Position numbers and translations under genes: made by a program
Virus record (IMG/VR): IMGVR_UViG_3300032280_000361
DNA length: 64,000 bases
Origin: a virus
Lineage: Duplodnaviria; Heunggongvirae; Uroviricota; Caudoviricetes
Strand: one strand, 5' to 3'
Notes under the pieces: generated by a model
The model's input: only the letters and a program-made list of their open reading frames with translations
Databases searched by the model: none
What the model was told of the DNA's origin: nothing
In this document: in pieces, positions 48,518 through 57,639 of the stretch
How positions within the stretch are numbered: the stretch's first letter is position 1
Layout: the number at the start of each line of letters is the position of its first letter

Positions 48518-48718
48518 TTATTCGTTTATAAATTTACCATCCACAAAACATATATTGGTATCATCTTCCAATAGGATGTTGTAGTACCCATCATTGAAAT
48601 CAGTTAGGGTAACATCCAACCATTCATAGTTGATGTTGTTCTCATCCAACCACTTATCAAATTTAACAGCATCCATTTCGATACTATTAGCTTTCTTAAG
48701 AATTTCTGAAGTTTTCAT
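48518..48718 (-). CDS. hypothetical small protein
   Basis: 66 aa; start preceded by type-2 promoter cassette. Confidence 0.4.
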   Translation of the reverse strand: MKTSEILKKANSIEMDAVKFDKWLDENNINYEWLDVTLTDFNDGYYNILLEDDTNICFVDGKFINE

Positions 48719-48835
48719 ATTGTTTATCTTTTGTTACATAGTAAAGATACGAAAAAGCGTGGAACTGGCAAGCATTTAACCAATTATTTTAAAAAGTTTT
48801 TCATTGAGAATCAATGAGTTATAAGTAGTTGATAA
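48719..48835 (-). promoter_or_regulatory. conserved operator-promoter cassette (type 2)
   Basis: near-identical to 38050-38160; palindrome TCATTGAGAATCAATGA. Confidence 0.55.
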
Positions 48836-48839
48836 CTAA

Positions 48840-49148
48840 CTACTTAAGAGTTAACATATCCTCAATCATTTGTACTATGTGGGATGGGCCTTTTTTCAAC
48901 TCCCAAATACCCAATAACCTTCTAATTGGTATTCCACCTCCTAAGTCATCACTCCAAAACCATAATTCATAAAGGGCAGTATCACCTTCACCGATTGGAG
49001 TTCGTTCTATATTAACCTGAATAGTTTTTCTTCTATTATATTTGTATAATTGTATTAAGTAAGCGGTATTCAATGTTTCCACTTTACCAACTCTCCACTC
49101 TCCCGCATCCATTTTGTAAAGTTTGGATATGTTCTTTATGGTTAACAT
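48840..49148 (-). CDS. MLTIKN-family paralog 1
   Basis: N-terminus MLTIKNISKL; TAATG stop/start overlap with next paralog. Confidence 0.5.
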   Translation of the reverse strand: MLTIKNISKLYKMDAGEWRVGKVETLNTAYLIQLYKYNRRKTIQVNIERTPIGEGDTALYELWFWSDDLGGGIPIRRLLGIWELKKGPSHIVQMIEDMLTLK

Positions 49149-49441
49149 TAGTATATTAGATTTTCAATGGCGGAACAAAATGAATCCATATCGGAAATTT
49201 GTGCTTTGTTTAATAGAACGTATGAAGAACCGTATTCCAATTTATACATCCCTACTTTGACACGATTAGGATAACGGTGCAACTTTACATCTCTTTTATG
49301 AGAACCCAACATATCATTTATAAAGATACGATAGACGGCACGGTCGGTAACCATATTGGCGATAATGAAATCCAACCCGATTGTACGGCCGGAAAGCTTA
49401 TCCATATTTTCTATTGTTAATAATCCATGCGTTCTATTCAT
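49148..49441 (-). CDS. MLTIKN-family paralog 2 (degenerate N-terminus)
   Basis: LLTIENMDKL after short extension. Confidence 0.45.
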   Translation of the reverse strand: MNRTHGLLTIENMDKLSGRTIGLDFIIANMVTDRAVYRIFINDMLGSHKRDVKLHRYPNRVKVGMYKLEYGSSYVLLNKAQISDMDSFCSAIENLIY

Positions 49442-49521
49442 ATATTCAGTTTTCTTTTATTATACTCTCCATCAGTCCCCCCCCACCGTCCGAAAATTTT
49501 TAGAGAGGGAATATTGATAGT

Positions 49522-49854
49522 TTAGATATCCCATACTTGCCTCCCATAGATACACACTAACTCACCAAATATCCTCATCAATTCCATTTCGGAAAACAAA
49601 ATCTGCAAAGGTTGATGACCTCCATGTGGATTATGAACGGGCTCTAACCTATACCACCGCCCATCTATACTATCCCTATGAGTTTCCTTCCACAACATAA
49701 GAGCAAGAAAATCCTTTGTCTCACCACTCTCCTTCAACTCCATCATAAAGTGGTAACCGTCTTCCCTCTCCGTTACATCATTGATATGGATATGAAACCC
49801 TCCGCTTTGAAGAGCAAACCCAACAAGCTTTTTATAGTTTTGAATCCTTAACAT
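49522..49854 (-). CDS. MLTIKN-family paralog 3
   Basis: MLRIQNYKKLVGF. Confidence 0.5.
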   Translation of the reverse strand: MLRIQNYKKLVGFALQSGGFHIHINDVTEREDGYHFMMELKESGETKDFLALMLWKETHRDSIDGRWYRLEPVHNPHGGHQPLQILFSEMELMRIFGELVCIYGRQVWDI

Positions 49855-50186
49855 TACGCTATACTATCTTTATGGTTTTCCAATGTACTCTCAACTAATT
49901 CGTAAAGTTGAACGGAATGGAGGATATCCTTCGGTTGTAACATATAAGTACACTTCCAACTCGCACCCACTTGAAACACTTCACATTTATAACCGGATGT
50001 GTATCCCCTATTTTGAGAAACGATACTCTCTTCCCTCTCTATTCGGCAAGTTACGGGTTGCCTATCTCCAATACGTTGCTCAAAGACGAATACATAATAA
50101 TCCGCACCTTCGAACGCCTTTGCCAAATCCCATCCCCATATAACGCCGGAAAGGAGGTCTTTATCGTATCGTTTAATTGTTAACAT
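49854..50186 (-). CDS. MLTIKN-family paralog 4
   Basis: MLTIKRYDKDLL. Confidence 0.5.
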   Translation of the reverse strand: MLTIKRYDKDLLSGVIWGWDLAKAFEGADYYVFVFEQRIGDRQPVTCRIEREESIVSQNRGYTSGYKCEVFQVGASWKCTYMLQPKDILHSVQLYELVESTLENHKDSIA

Positions 50187-50550
50187 ATACTTTGTCTAAT
50201 TGGCGGATAAGTGAATAAATGAATACGTTAGGCGAAACAAAATCATTGTAGTGAAAATAAAAAGAGTTCTCCTTCATAGATGGGCCATAGAGATTCATCC
50301 TATAATGGTCGTGTTCGTTATACATAGGTAGAGTATGTAGATAAGTAGAGTATTCAGTTCTCCCATAGTTAAACCCTATACGATACTGAGGTTCTGATAC
50401 ACTATCCTCTAAGTAAGTATCTACCCATAGGAACTCAATAGAAGAAGGGTACTGAGAGGAACGAACACCTAAGTCGTGTATCCCCATTAGTTTATCCTTT
50501 ATATTCTTTATCTGTAGTAACTTACCACTCTGTATATACTTTATACTCAT
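50173..50550 (-). CDS. MLTIKN-family paralog 5 (extended N-terminus)
   Basis: LLQIKNIKDKL at residue 11; C-terminal VYVNN shared with paralog 8. Confidence 0.45.
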   Translation of the reverse strand: MSIKYIQSGKLLQIKNIKDKLMGIHDLGVRSSQYPSSIEFLWVDTYLEDSVSEPQYRIGFNYGRTEYSTYLHTLPMYNEHDHYRMNLYGPSMKENSFYFHYNDFVSPNVFIYSLIRQLDKVYVNN

Positions 50551-50562
50551 AACATTGTTGAT

Positions 50563-50895
50563 TTACCCGCAACTATTTTCTATTACCTTTAACATCTCCC
50601 TTTCTATAAACCACTTATCCTTTATCTCATCCTTAGTAAGATGGCTATGAGAGAATCCACCACCCTCATTAGGAGATTTTAATTGTTGAGATTGTATTCG
50701 GTAGAGTATCGGTTCTTCGCTCCGCCTATCTCTACTTATGGCAACATCGAACATAGGATAGTTCCACCCGCTTATACTCTCAAATCGGAATGTGTACCAA
50801 TCTTCTAACTCCTCCGTATGTTTGCATTGATATAACTTCCCCTTAATAGAGAAAACAAAATCAATCCAAATGTTATGGTTCTTAATCGTTATCAT
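50563..50895 (-). CDS. MLTIKN-family paralog 6
   Basis: MITIKNHNIWIDF. Confidence 0.5.
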   Translation of the reverse strand: MITIKNHNIWIDFVFSIKGKLYQCKHTEELEDWYTFRFESISGWNYPMFDVAISRDRRSEEPILYRIQSQQLKSPNEGGGFSHSHLTKDEIKDKWFIEREMLKVIENSCG

Positions 50896-51200
50896 TTATA
50901 TGGCTTATATTGATTCATTACCCTAATACTCTTATCTAACCACTCCCAATGTAATTCTAATACGGAACGATTCACCACTCCACTCCAAAGAGGTTGTGTA
51001 CCTGGTGTAGTAGTGAACATCATCATCGGTAACTCCCCTTTAGCGTTCTCAAACCTCCTTCCTAAAAAGATTTGGTATTGGTGGCCAGTTCTACCCGTCC
51101 AAAGAAAAACATAACTATCATTCGTCTCCGTTACGGAATTCAACCTCCATGCTAAGAAAACCTTACCCTCCCCTAATGTATAGTTCTTAATTGTTAACAT
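50892..51200 (-). CDS. MLTIKN-family paralog 7
   Basis: MLTIKNYTLGEG. Confidence 0.5.
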   Translation of the reverse strand: MLTIKNYTLGEGKVFLAWRLNSVTETNDSYVFLWTGRTGHQYQIFLGRRFENAKGELPMMMFTTTPGTQPLWSGVVNRSVLELHWEWLDKSIRVMNQYKPYK

Positions 51201-51510
51201 ATATCATTTTGTGTTTACATACTATCGCTACCAATTCATTCCAATTAGGTATATCCTTTGTATCAATGTATGTATGGTAACCGCTCGTTGTCCATAATCT
51301 ATAACCTAATACCTCACTACCTATACGTTTTTTCTTCCTATCTAAAATGACCAACTGCATCTTTTGTGTATCATATCTACCCGCTTCCATTGGTATAAAC
51401 ATAAATCGGTATTCTATATTGGTTGCATACGCTCCGTACAATATCCATTCATCTCCACCAAAATTAAAATTTGCATTATTTAGATTCTTTATGTTCTTTA
51501 TTGTTAGCAT
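51187..51510 (-). CDS. MLTIKN-family paralog 8
   Basis: MLTIKNIKNLNN; ends MIYVNN. Confidence 0.5.
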   Translation of the reverse strand: MLTIKNIKNLNNANFNFGGDEWILYGAYATNIEYRFMFIPMEAGRYDTQKMQLVILDRKKKRIGSEVLGYRLWTTSGYHTYIDTKDIPNWNELVAIVCKHKMIYVNN

Positions 51511-51803
51511 GGGTAATCACTTAATATACCTTCCATTTGAATTAACATATTATCTTTATCCGCAATCCAATCCATAGTTACCTCATTACTTATATCCCTA
51601 CCATTATATAGTATCTCATAAGTCCGCTTTCCCTCATAAGAAGATAGTGAATCCCTACGAAGACCTATTATACATGTCTTAGCCGTTACATTGTTTGATA
51701 CGATGAAATCATAGAACCTATCATCTTCACTAACGTGTAATACGGAATAGTTAGGATGTAGTACCTTACCTACTAGCTTTTGGTATCCTTTAATCCTTAT
51801 CAT
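51504..51803 (-). CDS. MLTIKN-family paralog 9
   Basis: MIRIKGYQKLVGKVL. Confidence 0.5.
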   Translation of the reverse strand: MIRIKGYQKLVGKVLHPNYSVLHVSEDDRFYDFIVSNNVTAKTCIIGLRRDSLSSYEGKRTYEILYNGRDISNEVTMDWIADKDNMLIQMEGILSDYPC

Positions 51804-51943
51804 ACTCTATGTAGTTTAATCCATTCTAAAGAGAAAGATAATAAAGACCAGGGTGCAGGGTATCCTCTATACTCTTTGCCTTTGGCTATTATTGTTATCG
51901 ATGTGGGTTGCCACCTACCTAACTGATTTATTTCTTTTTCCAT
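51800..51943 (-). CDS. small ORF (47 aa, not in ORF track)
   Basis: MEKEINQLGRWQ...; ATG preceded by conserved GATAAACGATAAACTATG context; ATGA overlap with next gene. Confidence 0.3.
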   Translation of the reverse strand: MEKEINQLGRWQPTSITIIAKGKEYRGYPAPWSLLSFSLEWIKLHRV

Positions 51944-51946
51944 AGT

Positions 51947-52222
51947 TTATCGTTTATCATCGGTATAAGTTTCGTTATAGTATGCCTCAATATCTTCCCT
52001 ACCTACATTGTGTGTACATCCATAGGCAAAATCTATTGTCTGATTCTTTTCCATCTCTAAGTAGTTCCTCTTAAACATCTCCCAATGAATTGAATCGGTT
52101 TGTAAATCCTTCATCAACTCTATTCGTTGGAGGGCTAGGGTAAGTGCTGTTTTCATATTATAAATTAAATTTTTTAAATCTCCAATCTCCTGCCTCCCCA
52201 TCAAAACCACCTCTATCCGCAA
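51947..52222 (-). CDS. hypothetical protein (true start may be internal Met at ~52156)
   Basis: 91-aa ORF overlapping upstream gene by 65 nt unless internal start used. Confidence 0.35.
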   Translation of the reverse strand: MRIEVVLMGRQEIGDLKNLIYNMKTALTLALQRIELMKDLQTDSIHWEMFKRNYLEMEKNQTIDFAYGCTHNVGREDIEAYYNETYTDDKR

Positions 52223-52520
52223 TATCTAATATGTTCTCTAAGAATTGGGTAAAGTTATCCAATGAAATCAAATCTCTCGTAGTTACTCCCATAGGATATG
52301 ATTTTTTGTTAGTCCAATCGTATAACCACATCTGATATCTATAACCTATATCCCTATGTTCGGTAGCCTCTCTTATGATATCCATTCGGTATTGGTTAGT
52401 GGATGTATTTAACTTTATCACATATAGTTTGGTTAAGGTATCCATACCATCAATTCTGAATCTATCTGATACCACTTTGGTAGCCATTGAATAAAATCCC
52501 TTTATCTCTAATCGTTTCAT
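52158..52520 (-). CDS. hypothetical protein
   Basis: 120 aa; start preceded by GATAAACGATAAACTATATG context. Confidence 0.4.
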   Translation of the reverse strand: MKRLEIKGFYSMATKVVSDRFRIDGMDTLTKLYVIKLNTSTNQYRMDIIREATEHRDIGYRYQMWLYDWTNKKSYPMGVTTRDLISLDNFTQFLENILDIADRGGFDGEAGDWRFKKFNL

Positions 52521-52525
52521 ATAGT

Positions 52526-52849
52526 TTATCGTTTATCTTCGAAGTATCTTTTAATTACTGAGTATAATTGGTATCGGAACTCTTCAGCTCCTCTCTTTAA
52601 GTTACTATAACTGAGGTTATGTTGTACATATACTCCATCTACCTTTATCTGTAGTGAACCATTTTGATTAGGTTCTTTGATTAAGTGAACCTTTATAACC
52701 TCACTCCAACCTCCAATCACATATTCGAATTCGTAAGCCCCTTCCCAATTGATGGATGTTACACAATGTCCCAATACCTGTCCATTGGATTTAACTATAT
52801 CTCCCTTAATCTTATCGTGTCCGTCTATGTTAATTAGTTTCATGCTCAA
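52526..52849 (-). CDS. hypothetical protein
   Basis: 107 aa. Confidence 0.4.
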   Translation of the reverse strand: MSMKLINIDGHDKIKGDIVKSNGQVLGHCVTSINWEGAYEFEYVIGGWSEVIKVHLIKEPNQNGSLQIKVDGVYVQHNLSYSNLKRGAEEFRYQLYSVIKRYFEDKR

Positions 52850-53078
52850 AGATACAAAATTAGCCCCATATAACCAAATTTTTTTTAGTGAAATTTTACC
52901 CTTTGGGTATTAATATATATTTTTTCTCACGAGGGTAAAAACTAATCAAAATATGCTAGTGTACCCCTGCCCCCCTTTTAAAAAAAAAGTTATTCACATC
53001 TCCATAGAACCTAAGCCCTATGGATGTGGATAACTCGCCTATAGTGTGTGGCTACCCTATGGTGTTACATATTGTTAC

Positions 53079-53288
53079 TTACTTACCTATACCCCATTGC
53101 AGGATTTGTTCCATTGCTCTGTTTGTTGGGAGTGTGGGTACATAGGATGAAGATACTCCTAACTGAGCTGCCCATTCGTTAAAGGGTAGTTGTTCTGTTG
53201 GTACTACACTCTTACTTACTACTGCTCCATTGGGTAACCTATGCCCTACTTCATATACTATCTCTGTTATACTCATTTCTATACTCAT
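53079..53288 (-). CDS. hypothetical small protein
   Basis: 69 aa. Confidence 0.35.
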   Translation of the reverse strand: MSIEMSITEIVYEVGHRLPNGAVVSKSVVPTEQLPFNEWAAQLGVSSSYVPTLPTNRAMEQILQWGIGK

Positions 53289-53314
53289 ATACTATAGTGT
53301 TATTTGTTACTGAA

Positions 53315-53518
53315 TTATTTTTTGTTTCCGCCAACCACTTCCTTTATCCATAGGTAGTAGTAACGGGGTATTGCAAATGTTAAGGTTAGGTAAAGGAATA
53401 CTGTCTCCAAAAAGTTTAACCTCTTCCCCATCTTATTCAATTCCCTATTGGCGGACCGAAGTGGGAAAAAAAGTAAAATCCACCATACCCATATACAGAT
53501 TATTATCGTTGTACTCAT
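53315..53518 (-). CDS. small membrane protein
   Basis: 67 aa, Trp-rich TM (IIICIWVWWILLFF). Confidence 0.35.
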   Translation of the reverse strand: MSTTIIICIWVWWILLFFPLRSANRELNKMGKRLNFLETVFLYLTLTFAIPRYYYLWIKEVVGGNKK

Positions 53519-53521
53519 ATC

Positions 53522-53962
53522 TTATTTGTTATTAATGAAAGCTTTACAACTATGGAACTTAGTGTTCATCCTCTTCCATATGTTCCAATCAATCATCTTA
53601 GGGAACGCCCCATGCATATCTCCTACTGTCAAGCTCTCTAATAGGTTCTTATCTATACTACACCACTTACCACCTTTAGTAGTTAGGATGTGAAACCAAT
53701 AAGGCTTTCCATCAATCATCTTTTCCATCTCTACTACAGTGGTGTTCTTACTCATATAGTAACGTAAGTCTTCAATCTTACACTCTGCATCACCAATCAC
53801 TGGGAAACCTGCTCTAGCCTTAGTAGTATATCGGAATCTGTGTTCTTTCCCCAACTCCGTTAAGTTACTTACGTTGATAGTAGTACCATTTATAGCGATA
53901 GTACCATAGAATACGTTGCCGGCTAATGTGTTTTGATTTAAGACAATTAAAGGATTGTTCAT
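53522..53962 (-). CDS. hypothetical protein
   Basis: 146 aa. Confidence 0.4.
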   Translation of the reverse strand: MNNPLIVLNQNTLAGNVFYGTIAINGTTINVSNLTELGKEHRFRYTTKARAGFPVIGDAECKIEDLRYYMSKNTTVVEMEKMIDGKPYWFHILTTKGGKWCSIDKNLLESLTVGDMHGAFPKMIDWNIWKRMNTKFHSCKAFINNK

Positions 53963-54162
53963 ATTATGAAGGTTTATTTACGATTTCAGTACGAGGTAGG
54001 GGTTCGATTTCAATAGGGGATACCCTCATTCTACACTCGTGACCGGTGTACATAAGGAAGGTAATAAGGGAAACCAATTGTATCTTTCTCAATCTCATAT
54101 AGTAAAGGTAGGGCTTTCAGCTCATATATCCAAGCATTTCCCCAACTATTTTTAAACTATTT

Positions 54163-54429
54163 TTAGTGTTCAATCATCGAAAGCGGAACGTTATAAGAAC
54201 CGAATCCACCTACTATACCCAATGTGGCCTTAGTTCGGTTTATCTTATTTACTACTAACTCCTTACCAGCCAACTTAGGGTGGTTTACTTTAACTACCAT
54301 ACCTACTGATAGAGCCCTCTTCATATAGGAAGCCTCAGTAGCTCTTTTAAACTTAATCATATTAACTACAGCATCGTTTAGGGAACGTAGTTCTGAAATG
54401 GAAAGGGAGGATAATTGTGAAATGTTCAT
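54163..54429 (-). CDS. hypothetical small protein
   Basis: 88 aa, downstream of type-1 cassette. Confidence 0.4.
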   Translation of the reverse strand: MNISQLSSLSISELRSLNDAVVNMIKFKRATEASYMKRALSVGMVVKVNHPKLAGKELVVNKINRTKATLGIVGGFGSYNVPLSMIEH

Positions 54430-54735
54430 AGTGTATCTCTTTTAGTACATAGTAAAGGTACGGTGTAGACCTCATATATCCAAGCATTTACTGAATTATT
54501 TTCTGTTTCCGACAAAATAATCTGTCTGAGTATCAACGACTTATAACTTATTGATTGTCAGAGGGTTACGACCGGCTGTTACTCTCTCTATTCCCGCCCT
54601 ACCACCCTATAAAGGTACGACTTTCCGTCCACAAATCCAAGGGATGTGGATAAATAAAGTTAAAAAAAAAGATGGGAAAAGACTTTGTCATATGGTAGAA
54701 AGTCGTATCTTTACTATATAACAAAACAACAAACA
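54430..54735. promoter_or_regulatory. divergent promoter region (type-1 cassette for minus genes; inverted CGTATCTTTACTATATAACAAAA element for plus genes) containing a DnaA box
   Basis: cassette copy 54430-54560; TGTGGATAA at 54645-54653; plus-strand GTCGTATCTTTACTATATAACAAAACAACAAACA-ATG. Confidence 0.5.
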
Positions 54736-54909
54736 ATGAAATCAGTTAATGAAACCAAATCGAATCTAGACTACTTAAAGGGGTTAAACGGAGAGGAGTT
54801 CTTCTTTAGAGGGCAACATCCTGATAAGAGAACCGATATGGAGTGGGTTAAGTATATGAATACGAAGTACCCTCACCTTAAGTGGACCGGCAAAGATGAT
54901 AAAAAATAA
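54736..54909 (+). CDS. hypothetical small protein (start refined from track ORF 54685)
   Basis: MKSVNETKSNLDYLKG...; ATG 54736 lies 18 nt after the promoter-like element. Confidence 0.4.
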   Translation: MKSVNETKSNLDYLKGLNGEEFFFRGQHPDKRTDMEWVKYMNTKYPHLKWTGKDDKK

Positions 54910-54970
54910 TCATCAAATTGCTTGGATATACGGTATCTATACTGTACCTTTAATATATAAACGATAAACT

Positions 54971-55216
54971 ATGAATAGAAGTGATAGTAAGTTAATAGAA
55001 CTAAACGATGTGATAGGTGTGGAAGTATCAGAAAACTTCTCTCCTACCCTCAGAGCTAAACTTATCCATATAGATGAGTATCACGGAACGTGTCTTATGG
55101 AGGTAGTACCCTCTCCCTATGTATCTATGATGCAAGGTGGTTCACTAAACAATGATAGAGTTGGTGAAAGGTATCACGCTCCTATCTATCGTATCCACAA
55201 CGCTTATTTCTTTTAA
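54971..55216 (+). CDS. hypothetical protein
   Basis: 81 aa; start context ATAAACGATAAACTATG. Confidence 0.4.
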   Translation: MNRSDSKLIELNDVIGVEVSENFSPTLRAKLIHIDEYHGTCLMEVVPSPYVSMMQGGSLNNDRVGERYHAPIYRIHNAYFF

Positions 55217-55226
55217 AAAACAAAAA

Positions 55227-55457
55227 ATGAAAAAATACAGAAACTACAAAGTAGAACCTGCCCCTACACCTACCTATACAGAGATGGTCTCAGTTACCCT
55301 TAAGAATGGAGGAGTTAAAAAATTCGTAACACCTCAGAAAGCTGAGTTGTGGATAGAAGAACAAATAGCCCTCAGAGCAATCAATGGTGGTGCTAAAGAG
55401 GCTAAGGCACAATTAATGGATATGGGTTTGGTCCCATTTGAATTTAAAACTGCATAG
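55227..55457 (+). CDS. hypothetical protein (start refined to Met26 of track ORF 55152)
   Basis: MKKYRNYKVEPAP...; begins 10 nt after previous stop. Confidence 0.4.
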   Translation: MKKYRNYKVEPAPTPTYTEMVSVTLKNGGVKKFVTPQKAELWIEEQIALRAINGGAKEAKAQLMDMGLVPFEFKTA

Positions 55458-55460
55458 AGT

Positions 55461-55799
55461 ATGGACGGAAACAAAAAAGAATTTATAGAGTTATCCGAAG
55501 AGGAACTATTCCAACTGCCAGAGAATGAGTTTATGGAGTACTTAGACCGTAAGGCAGCATATCTAAAAGGATTCACTCGCCCATTAGGTACATACCACAC
55601 AAAACAATTTATGGCTCAGACAGTAGGTGGTGAGTTATCCACAGAACAATTAAAGAAAGCAAAAGAGATTGGAGCAGTAGGGGATGAAGCATGGACAGAA
55701 GGAATCCGTAAGGCGGCAGAGAAGATGGGAGGAGACCCTAAGTTATCAGACCCTGGCATTAAGAACATCAAAACCAATAGGAAACAATGGTTTGATTAA
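55461..55799 (+). CDS. hypothetical protein
   Basis: 112 aa. Confidence 0.4.
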   Translation: MDGNKKEFIELSEEELFQLPENEFMEYLDRKAAYLKGFTRPLGTYHTKQFMAQTVGGELSTEQLKKAKEIGAVGDEAWTEGIRKAAEKMGGDPKLSDPGIKNIKTNRKQWFD

Positions 55800-56660
55800 A
55801 AAAATAAAAAATAATTTATTAAAAGCTTGTTTATATGGGGTATTCTTCGTATCTTTATAACGGTGCCCTGTAGTTTCCTCTCCCTATACTATACAGAATA
55901 AGAACCCGCCCTCCACAACCCTAAAGTTACAAAATAATTCCCATAAAGTCAAGCATTGTGGATAACTTTTTCCTTTCCCTATATAGTACAATTCTGTCTT
56001 CGTTTCCTCTTTTCTATTTAACATAAGGCGCATTATATAACAGATGGTTTGTATTTCTCCTATACCCCATTGTACTCCTACGACATTGTTTAGGGTTGTC
56101 TAAAAAGTTTAGGTCTATCTAAATCACATATGTAAACCCTTATACAATTGTAAACAGAATTTTATTCCTCTCAGCCCGACGGGTCGCAGTATATTTTCCT
56201 CTCTATACCCCATTATGTAGAATAAAATTCTGTGTCTAAGGCTTTGTCATATGGATTTTTATTCGTACCTTTGTACACTCCTAACACGTAAAAAAAATTT
56301 GGTCGTTAGACATATACATCTATATCCACTTTTCCCCACTTCCTCCCACTTTTCACCTTCGTTATAGAGATAAGAAATAACTACTTAAGTGTATAATTCA
56401 GAATATTACACGCTTTACTCGCTTTGACACTCCACTTTTAGATATGGTGTAAATACTATCGATTCCATCTCCATCCCTTACTCTTACCCCTTAATAGAAG
56501 GTAGATAGACCCTAAAGTGAATACTCCTAAAAATAGTGGTACATTGTGTAATACCATAGCGAGTGTACATAACGATATCACCACTATAAAACTTAATCCT
56601 TGCTCCATATCCGTTGTTTGTTTTAACCTCCGTATATATATCGATTTAGGTTAAAAAAAG
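55800..56660. repeat. ORF-free convergent intergenic region with degenerate direct repeats and a DnaA box
   Basis: copies of TTTCCTCTC(C)CTATA(CCCC)ATTGTAC at ~55874, 55975, 56052, 56192; TGTGGATAA at 55957-55965; CCACTT x3 at ~56330. Confidence 0.45.
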
Positions 56661-56663
56661 AAT

Positions 56664-56867
56664 TTAGGGAGCTGTGGGTTGTAGTGGTGGATTGGTTGTC
56701 GGACCCTCACCACTCCCTATACTATCCCCCCTATTATCTATACTATCTATCTTATCTATACTATCAGTACTATCTATACCTATACTATTAAATCTATCTA
56801 TACTCTGAATATATGTAGTACCATCCTTATAAGGGAATCTTTTATTTAGTTCTTCTTCTCTATTCAC
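56664..56867 (-). CDS. low-complexity ORF over (CTATACTAT)n microsatellite-like tract
   Basis: IDKIDSID peptide repeats from degenerate TATCTATAC nucleotide repeats; may not be coding. Confidence 0.25.
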   Translation of the reverse strand: MNREEELNKRFPYKDGTTYIQSIDRFNSIGIDSTDSIDKIDSIDNRGDSIGSGEGPTTNPPLQPTAP

Positions 56868-56945
56868 TATACTGTCTATACTATACTCAGCTTTAACTGA
56901 ATTATTTTTAGTGTCCGTCGATGTGGTGTTTTGGGTTATCCCCTC

Positions 56946-57290
56946 TTATATCCATCCCCTTTCGGTTAGTACGTTCATAAACCTATCCAACAGCTCTGCG
57001 GGGTTTTGGAGTGTTTGAGACCCTACCCACACCTTACCATTCTCACTCTTATCCCCCTCATTGTTACTTACCTCCACTATAACACACTCTTCATCATCAA
57101 TCTCTCTATGTACTATAACTGCTCCTAAACTCCCAATACGGATGGCATAGAAACTCTCTCCCTCCATAGTGTTAGCTCTATCTACCCCCACCGCTATCTT
57201 ATCCCAATTCGCTATGGTTAACCTCCTACGGCTACCAATAGAGCCGCTAGGGTTATTAGTACCCATAGTGCTAAGTTTCGTTTTTCCCAT
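56946..57290 (-). CDS. hypothetical protein
   Basis: 114 aa. Confidence 0.4.
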   Translation of the reverse strand: MGKTKLSTMGTNNPSGSIGSRRRLTIANWDKIAVGVDRANTMEGESFYAIRIGSLGAVIVHREIDDEECVIVEVSNNEGDKSENGKVWVGSQTLQNPAELLDRFMNVLTERGWI

Positions 57291-57436
57291 TTGCTCATAT
57301 CTTTAATTATTATACTACTCAATGAAGGCAGCTATCAATAAATCTTATCTTCAAAATTTTTTCCGGCCGAAAGGACAAAGGGAAACGATATACCCCCAAC
57401 CCCCGCCCCTTCGATTTCTCTATATAGGGTTAGTTA

Positions 57437-57625
57437 TCATATACCCTCTATATTAAGGAACTCTTTTAGTTGATTATCATTCAATACTATCAATTCCTTA
57501 ATCACCTTTTTCTTCCACCCCTTTTGAGGAGGCCATTGTACACCTATTACTTTTAATTGAGATGCTTTCCAACCTCCCTTATTTGTTTTAGCCGCTTCTA
57601 TTAATTCCTTTGTTACTAATGGCAT
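57437..57625 (-). CDS. hypothetical small protein
   Basis: 62 aa. Confidence 0.3.
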   Translation of the reverse strand: MPLVTKELIEAAKTNKGGWKASQLKVIGVQWPPQKGWKKKVIKELIVLNDNQLKEFLNIEGI

Positions 57626-57639
57626 ATTCTATTATTTTA

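Noticed and set aside
53985-54030. tRNA-like T-arm (AGGGGTTCGATTTC)
   Set aside because: The flanks give no complementary T-stem, acceptor stem or anticodon arm, so this is a chance GGTTCGAT match.
55800-56900. CRISPR array
   Set aside because: The repeats are degenerate and irregularly spaced, from 80 to 140 bp. There are no 28-37-bp perfect repeats or unique spacers, and the 56700-56800 tract is a 9-mer microsatellite.
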